NCBI GenBank assembly: GCA_947306185.1
Contig: CAMZFU010000002.1
Location: 2,128-66,127, forward strand
Source of the DNA: an uncultured Pseudomonadota bacterium
GTDB taxonomy: Bacteria; Pseudomonadota; Alphaproteobacteria; Rs-D84
Length of the DNA: 64,000 bases
Direction of reading: 5' to 3'
The notes below the pieces were generated by a model. The model did no database searches. It was given only the letters and a program-made list of their open reading frames with translations, and had not been told where the DNA came from. Shown here piece after piece: positions 25,271-35,923 of the stretch (positions within the stretch are counted from its first letter, which is position 1; the number at the start of each line of letters is the position of its first letter). Position numbers and translations under genes: made by a program.

Positions 25271-26467
25271 CTAATATTTTAATACCTTTTTAAGCCAGTT
25301 TCTATATGCCCCACGTCTTTCGCGCCCCGGCACGAATAAACTGCTGTACTTGATAATGAATCTTTTTATCTTTCTTACAAATGCATTTCCGTGCGTTTTA
25401 TTATATTCGGTCAACGCCTCTTCGTATTCTTGCCACGCATTGGCATCTACGCCCAAATCTTTATCGGTATATTTATATCCATATTTATCAAAGAATTCTT
25501 GCATATACTGATTAACCGCTATGATTTGTGGGGCACTGGTACTGTGGAAAGTTTGTATCGTTTCAACCGACCCAGATATAAATATGCCGTCCAAATGTTT
25601 TGTATTATTGACATTATTCTGAATCATCGCATTACATGCTGGTCGTCTATTACGCTTAATAGAAATCACGGTGCCACCGGGTTTCATAAACAATGCCAAA
25701 TGCAACGCGGTTCCTGCGCACCCCGCCAAAACATTACAATTTTTAACCAAAGCGATTTGTGTTTGTAGTGGCAGTTTTTCTGGGTAAATTATTTTGAACC
25801 CATTTTTTTCGAATACATTTTGGACCTTTTCTTCACCCAATGTTTTATGCAATTTATCCAGTTTCGCACGCGACACATAAATCTTGTCATATATTTCTTC
25901 ATCGGATACATTTTTGGCGATTCTATCAAATGTCTTGGCAAAAGAATCAGATGTATATAACCGCGCATTAAAACTTTGTGATGGTACACATACACTTCTG
26001 AATCTTGTGTTTTCTTCAAGTATTATGATATTTTCACGTTTAATTCCGAATAATTCTATAAATTGAAAAATATATCCCGGTATTGTCTGTAATCGTTTGT
26101 CGTTTATTAAAACTACTTTTCTGTCCTTGTACTTTTTATCCATTAATGCGTATATTCTGTTCATGTGTTCTAATAAAAAATGGCCAAAAAACGCATTTAC
26201 ATTTCCAATAAAGGCAACATCTTCGTCAACATACGGGATATTATCATGATTAAATTTTGGTATAAATTGTGATTTATTCCGACGCGTTTGCAAGGAATCT
26301 TTTACAAGATTAAAATCCTTGTCAAAAACGCCGAAACCACGTTCATGTTCATTCACAATAATGGCATTCTCAAAACACGTGATATGCGTATCTATTACAT
26401 ATTGCTTTGATATAGATTTTCTAAAATATTTCTTGAAATTTGATTCCCCAATAACTGTACAAGCCAT
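25271..26467 (-). CDS. glycosyltransferase family 61 (DUF563) protein, inverted paralog
   Basis: It has FFGHFLLEHMNRIYA and GCAGTALHLALFMKPGGTVISIKRN. I place the start at ATG 26467 (RBS aaagga). Confidence 0.7.
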   Translation of the reverse strand: MACTVIGESNFKKYFRKSISKQYVIDTHITCFENAIIVNEHERGFGVFDKDFNLVKDSLQTRRNKSQFIPKFNHDNIPYVDEDVAFIGNVNAFFGHFLLEHMNRIYALMDKKYKDRKVVLINDKRLQTIPGYIFQFIELFGIKRENIIILEENTRFRSVCVPSQSFNARLYTSDSFAKTFDRIAKNVSDEEIYDKIYVSRAKLDKLHKTLGEEKVQNVFEKNGFKIIYPEKLPLQTQIALVKNCNVLAGCAGTALHLALFMKPGGTVISIKRNRRPACNAMIQNNVNNTKHLDGIFISGSVETIQTFHSTSAPQIIAVNQYMQEFFDKYGYKYTDKDLGVDANAWQEYEEALTEYNKTHGNAFVRKIKRFIIKYSSLFVPGRERRGAYRNWLKKVLKY

Positions 26468-26480
26468 AGCATTTCCTTTG

Positions 26481-26509
26481 TTGAAAAACTGTAACAAACA
26501 TTGTATAGT
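26481..26509 (+). promoter_or_regulatory. sigma70-like promoter (cassette copy 1)
   Basis: TTGAAA-N17-TATAGT lies 100 nt upstream of the 26609 ATG. It is part of a ~54-bp repeat shared with 27559..27612. Confidence 0.45.
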
Positions 26510-26608
26510 AATGTCAAATATAAACACAAAACAATTTGTTAGGTTATGATCGGAACCAAATGTTAAACTATATACAATACAAAATATAATTAAACACAGG
26601 GTAAAAAT

Positions 26609-27523
26609 ATGTATCTATCGTTTCTCCAAAAAATATATAGAAAGCATTCTAGTTTAGTAAAAAAACTTTTACACATTTTTATACCATATCGGTCCGTGCG
26701 CACAAAGATAAAAATGGTTTGGGATTGGCCGTATGGGATAGAAGATTTCAAACAAAAAGAAAACACCTTACTTGCAGAAAACAATCAAAATTTTAAGTAC
26801 TTTTTATCTATTGTGGCGATTGCTAAAAATGAAGCTCTTAACTTTAAAGAGTGGATAGAATATCACAGAATCGTCGGCATAGAAAAATTTTATATCTATG
26901 ACAATGAATCGACAGACAGTACAAAAGAAATTTTACAACCTTACATAGACGCCGGTATCGTGGAATACATATACTTTCCCGGTGAAAAGATGCAACTTCC
27001 CGCATATGATCATTTTTTGACAAACTTCCGCCAAGACACCAAATGGGCAGCAACCATAGATCTTGATGAATTTATTGTATCTAAAAAAGAATCTCTTGTA
27101 TCTTTCTTAAAAGGCCAGCACAAAAACGTCGCCCAAATACTTGTTCCTTGGGTATTTTTTGGTTCAAACGGTCATATAAAGAAACCCGAAGGTCTTGTTA
27201 TTGAAAATTACACCAAACGCGCAAGAAGAGCAAAAATGTACAAAAGCATTTTTAGACCAAATTTAACCCTCAGTACACATGTACATAAACATTTTGTTGT
27301 CGGAAAAATGATTTTCCCAAACATGAAAGATATTATGGTCAATCATTATTATTGTAAATCTTGGGAAGAATATCAAAACCGTGCGACACGTGGCGATGTA
27401 TATCATGGAAATCAATTTGCAAAAGATACTTTTACCAAAAATAAATTTGACCAGAATGATATAAATGAAATAGAAGATACTTTTATTTTACAGTATGCGG
27501 ATAAAATAAAAGAAAAAATATAA
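26609..27523 (+). CDS. glycosyltransferase, GT2/GT92-like (DUF23-type)
   Basis: The segment LSIVAIAKNEALNFKEWIEYHRIVGIEKFYIYDNESTD is a pattern typical of this family. Confidence 0.65.
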   Translation: MYLSFLQKIYRKHSSLVKKLLHIFIPYRSVRTKIKMVWDWPYGIEDFKQKENTLLAENNQNFKYFLSIVAIAKNEALNFKEWIEYHRIVGIEKFYIYDNESTDSTKEILQPYIDAGIVEYIYFPGEKMQLPAYDHFLTNFRQDTKWAATIDLDEFIVSKKESLVSFLKGQHKNVAQILVPWVFFGSNGHIKKPEGLVIENYTKRARRAKMYKSIFRPNLTLSTHVHKHFVVGKMIFPNMKDIMVNHYYCKSWEEYQNRATRGDVYHGNQFAKDTFTKNKFDQNDINEIEDTFILQYADKIKEKI

Positions 27524-27568
27524 AACGTCTAAATTATTACTCTCGGTTACGTTACACTATTTCCTTTA

Positions 27569-27597
27569 TTGAAAAACCGTAGCAAACGTTGTATAGT
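27569..27597 (+). promoter_or_regulatory. sigma70-like promoter (cassette copy 2)
   Basis: TTGAAA-N17-TATAGT lies 18 nt upstream of the 27615 ATG. Confidence 0.45.
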
Positions 27598-27614
27598 GAT
27601 GTCAAAGATAAAAA

Positions 27615-28466
27615 ATGTCAAATATAAAGCGACTATTTTTATTTGCGGGTTATGATGCCAACGGCATTGTTGATGATGCGTTGATTCACCATATATCATC
27701 TATATCAAAATATGGTGATGTGATTGCCTTTATGGATTGCGATTGCAATGATGGCGAGATTTCTAAATTAAAACCATACTGCAAATATGCCGGTGCGATG
27801 CGCCACGGTGAATATGATTTTGGATCATATAAACGCGCATACCAATATGCATACGACAATAAAACGCTTAATAAATATGATGCGATTTTCTTGATTAATG
27901 ATTCTGTATTTGGCCCATTATTTGATATGTCCAATATTATCAAAAAAATTGATTCAATATCAGCTGATGCGGTGGGTTTGGTTGTATCAACACACAAAAC
28001 ACATTCATATATGGAATCTTGGTTTATACGGTTGAATAAAAGCATTTTCTTGTCTGATTGGTTCCGTGAATTTATACTTGGGGTAACAAAACAACCCACG
28101 AAAAACCGCGTTACAATAAAATACGAACATGGGCTTAGCGATTTGATACACGAACACAATCTTTCATGGGATGGTGTTTTTATCCGTCACGGCCGTTTTA
28201 CGTATAACCGCCCGAAAAAACTATGCAAAAGTGGGTGTCCATTTATTAAAAAGGCGTGCTTTACGCGGCACTATGGCGCACTAGGTAGTGAACTACGATA
28301 TATACTTAAACATTCCGACCGCAAGATTGCGAACAAAATTATGGATACCGCAAATCGTGTTTATGGCACGGATTATATGAATTGGTTATTAACGCGTAAT
28401 CCAATAAAAATATTATGGCGCAAAATGCGTTATGCGGTAAAAAAAATAAAGAACGGTAAGATATGA
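27615..28466 (+). CDS. rhamnan-synthesis protein F (RgpF)-like polysaccharide biosynthesis protein
   Basis: The pattern NDSVFGPLFDM ... ESWFIRLNKSIF ... IKYEHGLS resembles the RgpF family. Confidence 0.65.
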   Translation: MSNIKRLFLFAGYDANGIVDDALIHHISSISKYGDVIAFMDCDCNDGEISKLKPYCKYAGAMRHGEYDFGSYKRAYQYAYDNKTLNKYDAIFLINDSVFGPLFDMSNIIKKIDSISADAVGLVVSTHKTHSYMESWFIRLNKSIFLSDWFREFILGVTKQPTKNRVTIKYEHGLSDLIHEHNLSWDGVFIRHGRFTYNRPKKLCKSGCPFIKKACFTRHYGALGSELRYILKHSDRKIANKIMDTANRVYGTDYMNWLLTRNPIKILWRKMRYAVKKIKNGKI

Positions 28467-29299
28467 AGAAATTGAAACATATTGCCGCCATTACAATGGC
28501 ACGAAACGACAATTTTTTCTTGGAACGCTGGGTTAAATACTACGGCGATGAAATAGGTATTGAAAATATTTATATTATCTTGGATGGCACAGATCAACAA
28601 ATACCAAAGGGTGCTACAAATGCAAATATTATAAAACTGCCACACGTGGAAATGTCACGCGCCGCGGGCGATAAATATCGTATTGGGAAAATATCAGATC
28701 TGGCACGTGACCTGTTCAAGAAATATGACATTGTTATAGGATGTGATTCTGATGAATTTTTAATCGTTGATCCAAACACAAAAAAAACATTGGCTGAATA
28801 TTTATCCGAAATCAAAAACAAAACGACCGTATCAGGGTTGGGTTTAGACATTGGTCAAAATATGAATTGCGAACAACAATTAAACCGAACAAAACCAATG
28901 TTAACTCAACGCGAATATGCCCTGCTCTCTACACGGTATACCAAATCAGTTGTGTTATTCAAACCAGCCCGTTGGGGCAGCGGTTTTCACCGTGTACACG
29001 GCGCAAACTTTCATATAGATAATAATCTATACCTTTTGCACTTTGGTGCGGTTGACATGCAAATGCTGATAACAAAGGCAGCAAGTCGTGGTCCAGATTG
29101 GGTAAACCATTTACGCAGACGTGGCAACGGAACCATAAATTTAATAACGAAAAAAAACGCACATGGAGAAAAATATATTAAAATCGCACGCGTTATGCAA
29201 CGCATATTCCGCCCAATTTATGCAATTGGCAAACCCGGAATGTTGCGCATCAAATGGGTCGTTAAAATACCGCCACGTTTTAGAAAGTTCAATATATAA
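28463..29299 (+). CDS. glycosyltransferase family 2-like protein
   Basis: The segment AAITMARNDNFFLERWVKYYGDEIGIENIYIILDGTDQ suggests this family. It overlaps the upstream gene by ATGA. Confidence 0.55.
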   Translation: MKKLKHIAAITMARNDNFFLERWVKYYGDEIGIENIYIILDGTDQQIPKGATNANIIKLPHVEMSRAAGDKYRIGKISDLARDLFKKYDIVIGCDSDEFLIVDPNTKKTLAEYLSEIKNKTTVSGLGLDIGQNMNCEQQLNRTKPMLTQREYALLSTRYTKSVVLFKPARWGSGFHRVHGANFHIDNNLYLLHFGAVDMQMLITKAASRGPDWVNHLRRRGNGTINLITKKNAHGEKYIKIARVMQRIFRPIYAIGKPGMLRIKWVVKIPPRFRKFNI

Positions 29300-29302
29300 A
29301 CA

Positions 29303-29929
29303 TTATTTATTTCTGAATTTATCACAAACGAATTTTAACTGACGTCCATACTTCAATACGGCGATTTCCCCAGTACAGAGCAAGAATTCATCTGCCATCA
29401 CAACAACATCACGATTTCCATTATTATCAAACAATGTGCCATTTATGCTGTCGCATTTACCCAGGAATAAATTTAATGCATCGGTGGCATTTACGCGAAC
29501 GATACCAGAAACTTCTACATCGTCAAAAAGGAAATCTAATTTATTGCTATCCACCCGACACATAAATACATTTGCAAAAACATTATCTTGTTTTTTTATT
29601 CCGCATTTTTCGCTGCACATTGTCCAAACATCAATCGCCAATAATTCTTTTTGGGTAACATCAATCGCAAAACCAACTTCTTCCATTATTTCACGACGCA
29701 ATGCGTCATCTATACTTTCGCCCGATTGAATATGCCCAGATGCCGTCGTATAGAGCGTTCCTGTATCCGTCCTGATTTGGAAATATATATTACCATTTTC
29801 ATCATACAACCAACAATGCACCGTTTTATGCCATAATCCATTTTTATGAACATTTTCGCGGGTTTCGGTTCCAATAAACCGCATATCTTTATCATAAAAA
29901 TCCAGCATTTCAGACATATTATTTGCCAA
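29303..29929 (-). CDS. NUDIX hydrolase
   Basis: A Nudix box is present: GHIQSGESIDDALRREIMEEVGF. Confidence 0.8.
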   Translation of the reverse strand: MANNMSEMLDFYDKDMRFIGTETRENVHKNGLWHKTVHCWLYDENGNIYFQIRTDTGTLYTTASGHIQSGESIDDALRREIMEEVGFAIDVTQKELLAIDVWTMCSEKCGIKKQDNVFANVFMCRVDSNKLDFLFDDVEVSGIVRVNATDALNLFLGKCDSINGTLFDNNGNRDVVVMADEFLLCTGEIAVLKYGRQLKFVCDKFRNK

Positions 29930-30935
29930 TAAATCTCAAAACACGTTTTGCCAATACACGACGTGATGCCGGCGGATTGTTTAATACACCCAATTTATAT
30001 AAATCTGTGAAAGATTGCTTAGCGGTATTTAATTCTTCATCAGTTTTAAGATATTTTATTTTCCGAAATGCCCAATTCACAAAGAACCATAAAAAGTTTT
30101 TCGACCATAAATCCATTTGATGCGAATCGGCCTGGTCATTATATAAAACAAAAGAATCTTTTATACCTGTAATTAAACTCTGCATAATGCGCAACTGTTT
30201 CGCAGATAAAACAATTCCACCAAAATTCGGGATATAATAATACAGCGGTAATGGCATAATCGTCACACGTGGGTTACGCAACATTACACGCGACCACCAT
30301 GGAAAATCTTCAAACAATATCCCTTTGATAAACGGTATATCTTCTATCAAATTACGCCTATACAGATTTTTCCAAACCTGGCAATGCTTAATCAACCAAC
30401 GACGATTTTTATTAAACGCATTATGCGCACTATCCGTGGCATATTCATAAACATCATTTGTTACACGCGTTTTTATTTTATTTAACTTGTACCGTTTTTT
30501 AATACCGATTGGCACAACATTATCCGTATCCAGCCCCAATTTATGATACACCATTAATTGCGGACGATAAAAACGGTCATAAGTAAAAGAAACAATATCT
30601 GAATCATCACGCACCGCCATCGCATATGCCAATTCCATTGTTTGCGGATGGATAAAATCGTCACTGTCCAGATACATTATGTATTCACCCTTGGCATACG
30701 GCATACCCACATTACGTGCATCCGACAGACCGCCATTTTCTTTGTGAACAACAATGAATCGTTTATCACGTGCGGCGTATTCTTCGGCGATTTCACCGGA
30801 TTTATCCGGCGAACCATCATCAACGCAAATCGCCGTCCAATTGGTAAATGTTTGATTTAATACACTATCTAAACAACGACGCAGATATTTTTCAACACCG
30901 TACATTGGAATAATTATCGATATTTTTGGTTTCAT
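29919..30935 (-). CDS. glycosyltransferase family 2
   Basis: The N-terminal GT-A signature is present (KISIIIPMYGVEKYLRRCLDSVLNQTFTNWTAICVDDGSPD), along with a DSDD motif. Confidence 0.9.
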   Translation of the reverse strand: MKPKISIIIPMYGVEKYLRRCLDSVLNQTFTNWTAICVDDGSPDKSGEIAEEYAARDKRFIVVHKENGGLSDARNVGMPYAKGEYIMYLDSDDFIHPQTMELAYAMAVRDDSDIVSFTYDRFYRPQLMVYHKLGLDTDNVVPIGIKKRYKLNKIKTRVTNDVYEYATDSAHNAFNKNRRWLIKHCQVWKNLYRRNLIEDIPFIKGILFEDFPWWSRVMLRNPRVTIMPLPLYYYIPNFGGIVLSAKQLRIMQSLITGIKDSFVLYNDQADSHQMDLWSKNFLWFFVNWAFRKIKYLKTDEELNTAKQSFTDLYKLGVLNNPPASRRVLAKRVLRFIGK

Positions 30936-30948
30936 ATGAAATCCTTTA

Positions 30949-31869
30949 TCACATTTTACTTATTGCTTCGGCAAATGTTCCAGGCAACAGCGCATCTGCA
31001 TACGCGCATTTCTGGAAAAACGCATCAGCGGTCAGTTGTTTGAATAATTTTTCATCATACGGTTTATGTTTATATATGTGCCACAGTGCGTGTGTCGGGT
31101 CTTGGTCAATATGTGGCATTTCTGCAAAATATTTTTTTGCCCGTTCATCATTTTCAACCAATGTTTTAAACAGCACCTGATGCATAAAATAATCAAAGCA
31201 ATGATTTTCATGAATCCAGTAATCAATTATCATCGCCCGCCATGCAGCCAATAAATAAGCACCCTTGCGCGCACGTATGAAACAGTTTTGCATATATGAA
31301 TACTTTTGCCCAACATGGCCTACCATATAAACAAAGAAATCTAGGTTTATAATCCAATCTGGAATAGGACTTGTCACAAAAGCCGTTGAATCCAACCAAA
31401 TTCCACCATGTTCATACAGCAATTCTACCCGAACAATATCAGCAAAATGGGCACGTCTTATTTTTCCGGCGCGATATTTTTCAACTATTTCCCGTGGCAA
31501 ATTAACATATTGTTCAAAATTATTATCATCCAACACAACCAGTTCTTGTTTACAATGCCGGCGAATACTGCGATAACAGGCCTTTATTAAATCAGGCGCA
31601 TTTTTTTCACCCTGTTGCCACATTGTGAAAATTTTTTCATTTTCATCATCGTTAATAACCGGAACTTCTTTTACTTTTTCCACCGCTGGCAAATAGCGTT
31701 TGAAATAACGAACGGCCACATCAGCATAAACACCACATCGAACCTCGCTTCGCACCGCACGCGGTCGCCACAACCAATTGAAAATATGCGCACGTACAAT
31801 AATTTGTGTTAATGCCCACATCCTTGCTATATTCATTTCTGCCCCTTTGGTTAAAACATCGGGCGACAA
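30949..31869 (-). CDS. capsular polysaccharide synthesis / GT32-like glycosyltransferase
   Basis: The pattern IFTMWQQGEKNAP...RAHFADIVRVELLYEHGGIWLDSTAF is seen in Caps_synth/OCH1-like enzymes. The start is uncertain. Confidence 0.6.
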   Translation of the reverse strand: MSPDVLTKGAEMNIARMWALTQIIVRAHIFNWLWRPRAVRSEVRCGVYADVAVRYFKRYLPAVEKVKEVPVINDDENEKIFTMWQQGEKNAPDLIKACYRSIRRHCKQELVVLDDNNFEQYVNLPREIVEKYRAGKIRRAHFADIVRVELLYEHGGIWLDSTAFVTSPIPDWIINLDFFVYMVGHVGQKYSYMQNCFIRARKGAYLLAAWRAMIIDYWIHENHCFDYFMHQVLFKTLVENDERAKKYFAEMPHIDQDPTHALWHIYKHKPYDEKLFKQLTADAFFQKCAYADALLPGTFAEAISKM

Positions 31870-31886
31870 ATGCCGCCCGAAACATT

Positions 31887-32957
31887 TTACTCTTCAGAAA
31901 TAGATTCTTCTACATCATCAACCGGCGAACCTATTGTCATTTCTTCGGCGATACCATTTGCACGCGCCATAATCTTATCTAACAATTCTTGCTGCGCCTC
32001 TGGGTGATCTTTCAACCACTGACGTGCATTGGCTTCGCCCTGACCTATGCGTTCATTGTTATAAGAATAGAAACTGCCGGCCTTATCAATGAAATCATAT
32101 TTAACACCCATATCCAAGATTTCGCTTATACGGGAAATACCCTCGCCGTACATAATTTTGAAATCAACCGTACGGAACGGTGGCGCGACCTTGTTCTTAA
32201 CAATCTTGACACGCGTTTCATTTCCAATGACATTTTCTTTATCTTTAATTGCACCTGTACGACGGATATCCAAACGAACCGACGCGTAAAACTTTAATGC
32301 GTTACCACCAGATGTCGTTTCTGGATTACCAAACATAACACCAATTTTCATACGAATTTGATTAATAAAGATAAGCAATGTGTTACTGCGTGAAACACTG
32401 CCCGCCAATTTTTTAAGTGATTGGCTCATCAATCGTGCAGTTGTTCCAACAAAACTGTCCCCGATATTACCTTCTAATTCCGCCTTGGGCACTAATGCTG
32501 CAACAGAGTCAATAACAACAACATCTACCGCCCCAGATTTTATAAGTGTATCGGCAATTTCTAACGCCTGTTCACCAGAATCTGGTTGTGATATAATAAG
32601 GTTTGCAACATCAACACCCAACTTTTTTGCGTAACTTGGATCCAATGCATTTTCTGCATCAATATATGCACACGTACCACCTTTCTTTTGTGCTTCGGCC
32701 ACGGCATGCAATGCCAACGTTGTTTTACCAGAACTTTCTGGGCCATATATTTCAACGATACGCCCACGGGGATAGCCACCTATACCTAACGCGATATCCA
32801 ACCCCAAAGAGCCTGAAGATATCGCTTCGATATTCTGTTGGGAACCATCGCCCATTTTCATAATTGCTTCTTTACCAAATTGTTTTTGAATTTGCGCCAA
32901 CGCAGATTCCAACGCAGGATTTTTTGCCCCTGTTGTGACGACTTCTTTCTTTGCCAT
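31887..32957 (-). CDS. recA: recombinase RecA
   Basis: It has Walker [10 protein letters not shown] and is RecA-like across the full length. I place the start at ATG 32957 (RBS aaagggg). Confidence 0.97.
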   Translation of the reverse strand: MAKKEVVTTGAKNPALESALAQIQKQFGKEAIMKMGDGSQQNIEAISSGSLGLDIALGIGGYPRGRIVEIYGPESSGKTTLALHAVAEAQKKGGTCAYIDAENALDPSYAKKLGVDVANLIISQPDSGEQALEIADTLIKSGAVDVVVIDSVAALVPKAELEGNIGDSFVGTTARLMSQSLKKLAGSVSRSNTLLIFINQIRMKIGVMFGNPETTSGGNALKFYASVRLDIRRTGAIKDKENVIGNETRVKIVKNKVAPPFRTVDFKIMYGEGISRISEILDMGVKYDFIDKAGSFYSYNNERIGQGEANARQWLKDHPEAQQELLDKIMARANGIAEEMTIGSPVDDVEESISEE

Positions 32958-33010
32958 AAATAACCCCTTTCTTGTACAGTGATGATACAAAGAAAAAGTG
33001 GGCCTTGCAA

Positions 33011-34195
33011 TTATTTTTTAGCAATTAAAATCAAAACGGAAATCACGCCCACCACGGCGGTTACAAACCATACCGCCGATGTTACGCCGAACATTGTAAT
33101 GCATGCTGCACCAACAACTGGCGCTATAACACTGGGCAAATTGACGCTTGTACGAAAAACCCCGTAAAACCGCGTTTGTTGCGATTTCTTGGTATTATCG
33201 AAGAATAACAAATCGTGTACAGGCTCCATAAACGCACCAGAAATCTGCCACAATACGAATATGGCAAGCAATGGGAAACCTGTCGCAAATGTTGCCCAAA
33301 TGGAAAATGCCGCAAAAGTTCCGAACCCCAATACCAACCATAATTTCTTACCGAATCGCCGTACCAAGTGTCCCATTACTTCGGATAATAGCAAATACGG
33401 AATAATACCGATGGTCAAAACCAAACCTAATGTGTCTTTGTTAAAACCGTTTTCTATAACCAAAATTGGGACATATAAGTACCGCATCGCACGAAGAGAA
33501 TAAAAACCAAAATTGATAAGATACGCACGAATCATACCCGGCGTTCTGAAAAATAAAATTGCATTACGCATCAAAGAACGAACCGTACGGCGTGGATTCA
33601 TCGGTTTTATTTGTTTGTCTTCTTGGATAAGGCGGAAATATTTAAAGAATATCCATGCCGCCAAATAAATCGCCGAAGATAAAAAGAATGCCGACCTGTT
33701 GCCATACCGGGTTGCAACAACCACCGCCAACATCGGCGCAAATAATGCCCCAATATTAGTCCATAAATGATAACGCGAATTTAGGCGCGCCATACCGGTA
33801 TCGCCCGAAAAATCAGACATAAACAATGGAATTAACATCGCCGATAATGTAATTGCAAAACCGCTTGTATAATCAAGGACTATAAATGTTCGTGGCAATA
33901 CCGAAAATCCCATCATGGCATAGCACACAACCAACATCAACAGTGCAAAATAGAAAACCTTGACCTTGGAAAACTGGCGGAATATTTCCTTGGCGAATAA
34001 TGCCACAATCATGCAAAAAATAGAGTAAATTGCAACATATACACCAACGACCGCAGAATTTCTGAATATTTCCAAAATAACTAATGAATAAACCGCATTA
34101 TAAATACCATCGGCAAATCCGGTAAAAAGCCCCAGATTTGCGAACGAAAAACCGCTAACTGAACTGCGTGCAGAAATATATTTATCTTTGGCCAT
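33011..34195 (-). CDS. MFS transporter
   Basis: The 394-aa protein has about 12 TM helices and a basic inter-domain loop. Confidence 0.75.
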   Translation of the reverse strand: MAKDKYISARSSVSGFSFANLGLFTGFADGIYNAVYSLVILEIFRNSAVVGVYVAIYSIFCMIVALFAKEIFRQFSKVKVFYFALLMLVVCYAMMGFSVLPRTFIVLDYTSGFAITLSAMLIPLFMSDFSGDTGMARLNSRYHLWTNIGALFAPMLAVVVATRYGNRSAFFLSSAIYLAAWIFFKYFRLIQEDKQIKPMNPRRTVRSLMRNAILFFRTPGMIRAYLINFGFYSLRAMRYLYVPILVIENGFNKDTLGLVLTIGIIPYLLLSEVMGHLVRRFGKKLWLVLGFGTFAAFSIWATFATGFPLLAIFVLWQISGAFMEPVHDLLFFDNTKKSQQTRFYGVFRTSVNLPSVIAPVVGAACITMFGVTSAVWFVTAVVGVISVLILIAKK

Positions 34196-34263
34196 AAAAA
34201 TCCCCCCGATAGATATCCGGTATCATATATAATATCACAATTCGGGGGAAATCGCAAAGGCAA

Positions 34264-34287
34264 CAAAAAACGCACCAAACGGTGCGT
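34264..34287 (-). terminator. intrinsic terminator of secB
   Basis: On the minus strand the sequence reads acgcacc-gttt-ggtgcgt followed by tttttgtt. Confidence 0.65.
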
Positions 34288-34293
34288 GTTTAA

Positions 34294-34734
34294 TTATTTT
34301 GCTTCTTGCTTTTGTTGATTTCTTTTTTCATAAAGTTCTGCAAAATCAACCGGCTGCATCGAGAACGGTGGGAATCCAGATTCCGCGGTCAAACGCGTAA
34401 CCAATGCACGGACAGATGGGAACAACAATGTTGGAACATCGATAAGCAAAGTGCGTTTTTTCGCATCTTCGTCTTTTTCTTCTTCCATCTGAACCAAACC
34501 AGAATATGTTGCTTCGATTAAAAAGATAGATTTACCGTCCGCTTTCAATTTCGAATGAATTTTTGTAATCAAATCAACCATAAACAGATTCTTTTCTGAA
34601 CCTTTGACCTGCATATCGATATTGATTTCTAATTCTGCCTGGCCATTGTCCTGTTTAAAGAATAAATCTGGTACATTTGGGCTTTCAAAAGAGATATCTT
34701 TCAAGAATTGAGATATGATATTAAACTTTGCCAT
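34294..34734 (-). CDS. secB: protein-export chaperone SecB
   Basis: The 146-aa protein starts MAKFNIISQFLKDISFESPN and is SecB-like throughout. Confidence 0.9.
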   Translation of the reverse strand: MAKFNIISQFLKDISFESPNVPDLFFKQDNGQAELEINIDMQVKGSEKNLFMVDLITKIHSKLKADGKSIFLIEATYSGLVQMEEEKDEDAKKRTLLIDVPTLLFPSVRALVTRLTAESGFPPFSMQPVDFAELYEKRNQQKQEAK

Positions 34735-34816
34735 TACGATTGCTCCTTTTTTTATGACTCGTTTTATGATAATATAACACTAAAGAGAGATTTTACAAGT
34801 GGGGGGCAAAAATAAA

Positions 34817-35923
34817 ATGAAATATACGTTTTCACGGCTAATTGTACGCGGCATTGCGGCGGTTTTTTGTTGCTTTTTACTGACTTCTTGCGACCTTTCT
34901 ACCCCGACCCATAGCGGCGATGATTCCACAATTCCGTCAAGGAACCTGAAAAAAGTGTCGTATTCCGAACTGCCTGATTGGAACAAGGACGATGTCAGAT
35001 ATGCACTCCAGGCATTCCGTAATTCCTGCAAGGCCAAGATACAATATACCGGCCGCGTGGTCCCAGACAGGGCATTATTCGAAGAAAAATGCAATATGCT
35101 GCCCAGTGCCAGTGCCGATAACGCGACCATCCGCGCATGGTTTGAATCAAATTTCCAACCGTACAAGATTTATAATGACAATGGTGGGACCAAGGGAACC
35201 TATACCGGATACTATTCGCCCGTGATACCGGGATGCCGGACAAAAACCGCGGAATGTAACGAACCGTTAATGGGTATTCCGACAGACGGTCAAAACTTTA
35301 AGGGCGTATCAAAGAAAAAGATTGTTGAAAACAAAATCGGGCGTGTCTTGTATTGGGCGAACATTGTGGACGTCCAAAACATCCAAATCCAAGGCAGTGG
35401 TATGCTGAAACTTTCCGATGGCAAAATGGTTAAATTGAATTTTGCCGCGGTGAACGATATGCCATTTAAATCAATTGGGGAACAATTACGTAATCGTGGT
35501 ATCCGACCCGAAGGCGGATATTCCGCCGATGCGGTATGGACACATCTGAAAAAGAATCCAAAACTTGCTAAAGAGGTTATATACAATAATCCACGATATG
35601 TGTATTTCTATGAATCGGTGCCACCGGATGTGATTGGAAAACTTGGCACTCCACTATCAAAAATACGAAGTGTTGCAATGGATGATTCGCTGTATACATT
35701 GGGATTGCCCGTGTACATCGATACGAACCTTTCCAACGGTCAGAAATTTAGACGCCTTATGATAGCCCAAGATACCGGCAGTGCAATCCGCGGTTGGATT
35801 CGTGCCGACATATTCTTTGGCAAGGGCGACGAAGCATATAATTATGCCCATGGTCAACATGCCCAGGGCGAAATGTATATATTGATGCCAAAAGAATATA
35901 GTTATGTCGAGCCAAGAAAATAA
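34817..35923 (+). CDS. mltA: murein transglycosylase A (lipoprotein)
   Basis: A lipobox is present (LLTSC). MltA and 3D domain motifs are present (TGYYSP, QDTGSAIRG). I place the start at ATG 34817. Confidence 0.85.
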   Translation: MKYTFSRLIVRGIAAVFCCFLLTSCDLSTPTHSGDDSTIPSRNLKKVSYSELPDWNKDDVRYALQAFRNSCKAKIQYTGRVVPDRALFEEKCNMLPSASADNATIRAWFESNFQPYKIYNDNGGTKGTYTGYYSPVIPGCRTKTAECNEPLMGIPTDGQNFKGVSKKKIVENKIGRVLYWANIVDVQNIQIQGSGMLKLSDGKMVKLNFAAVNDMPFKSIGEQLRNRGIRPEGGYSADAVWTHLKKNPKLAKEVIYNNPRYVYFYESVPPDVIGKLGTPLSKIRSVAMDDSLYTLGLPVYIDTNLSNGQKFRRLMIAQDTGSAIRGWIRADIFFGKGDEAYNYAHGQHAQGEMYILMPKEYSYVEPRK

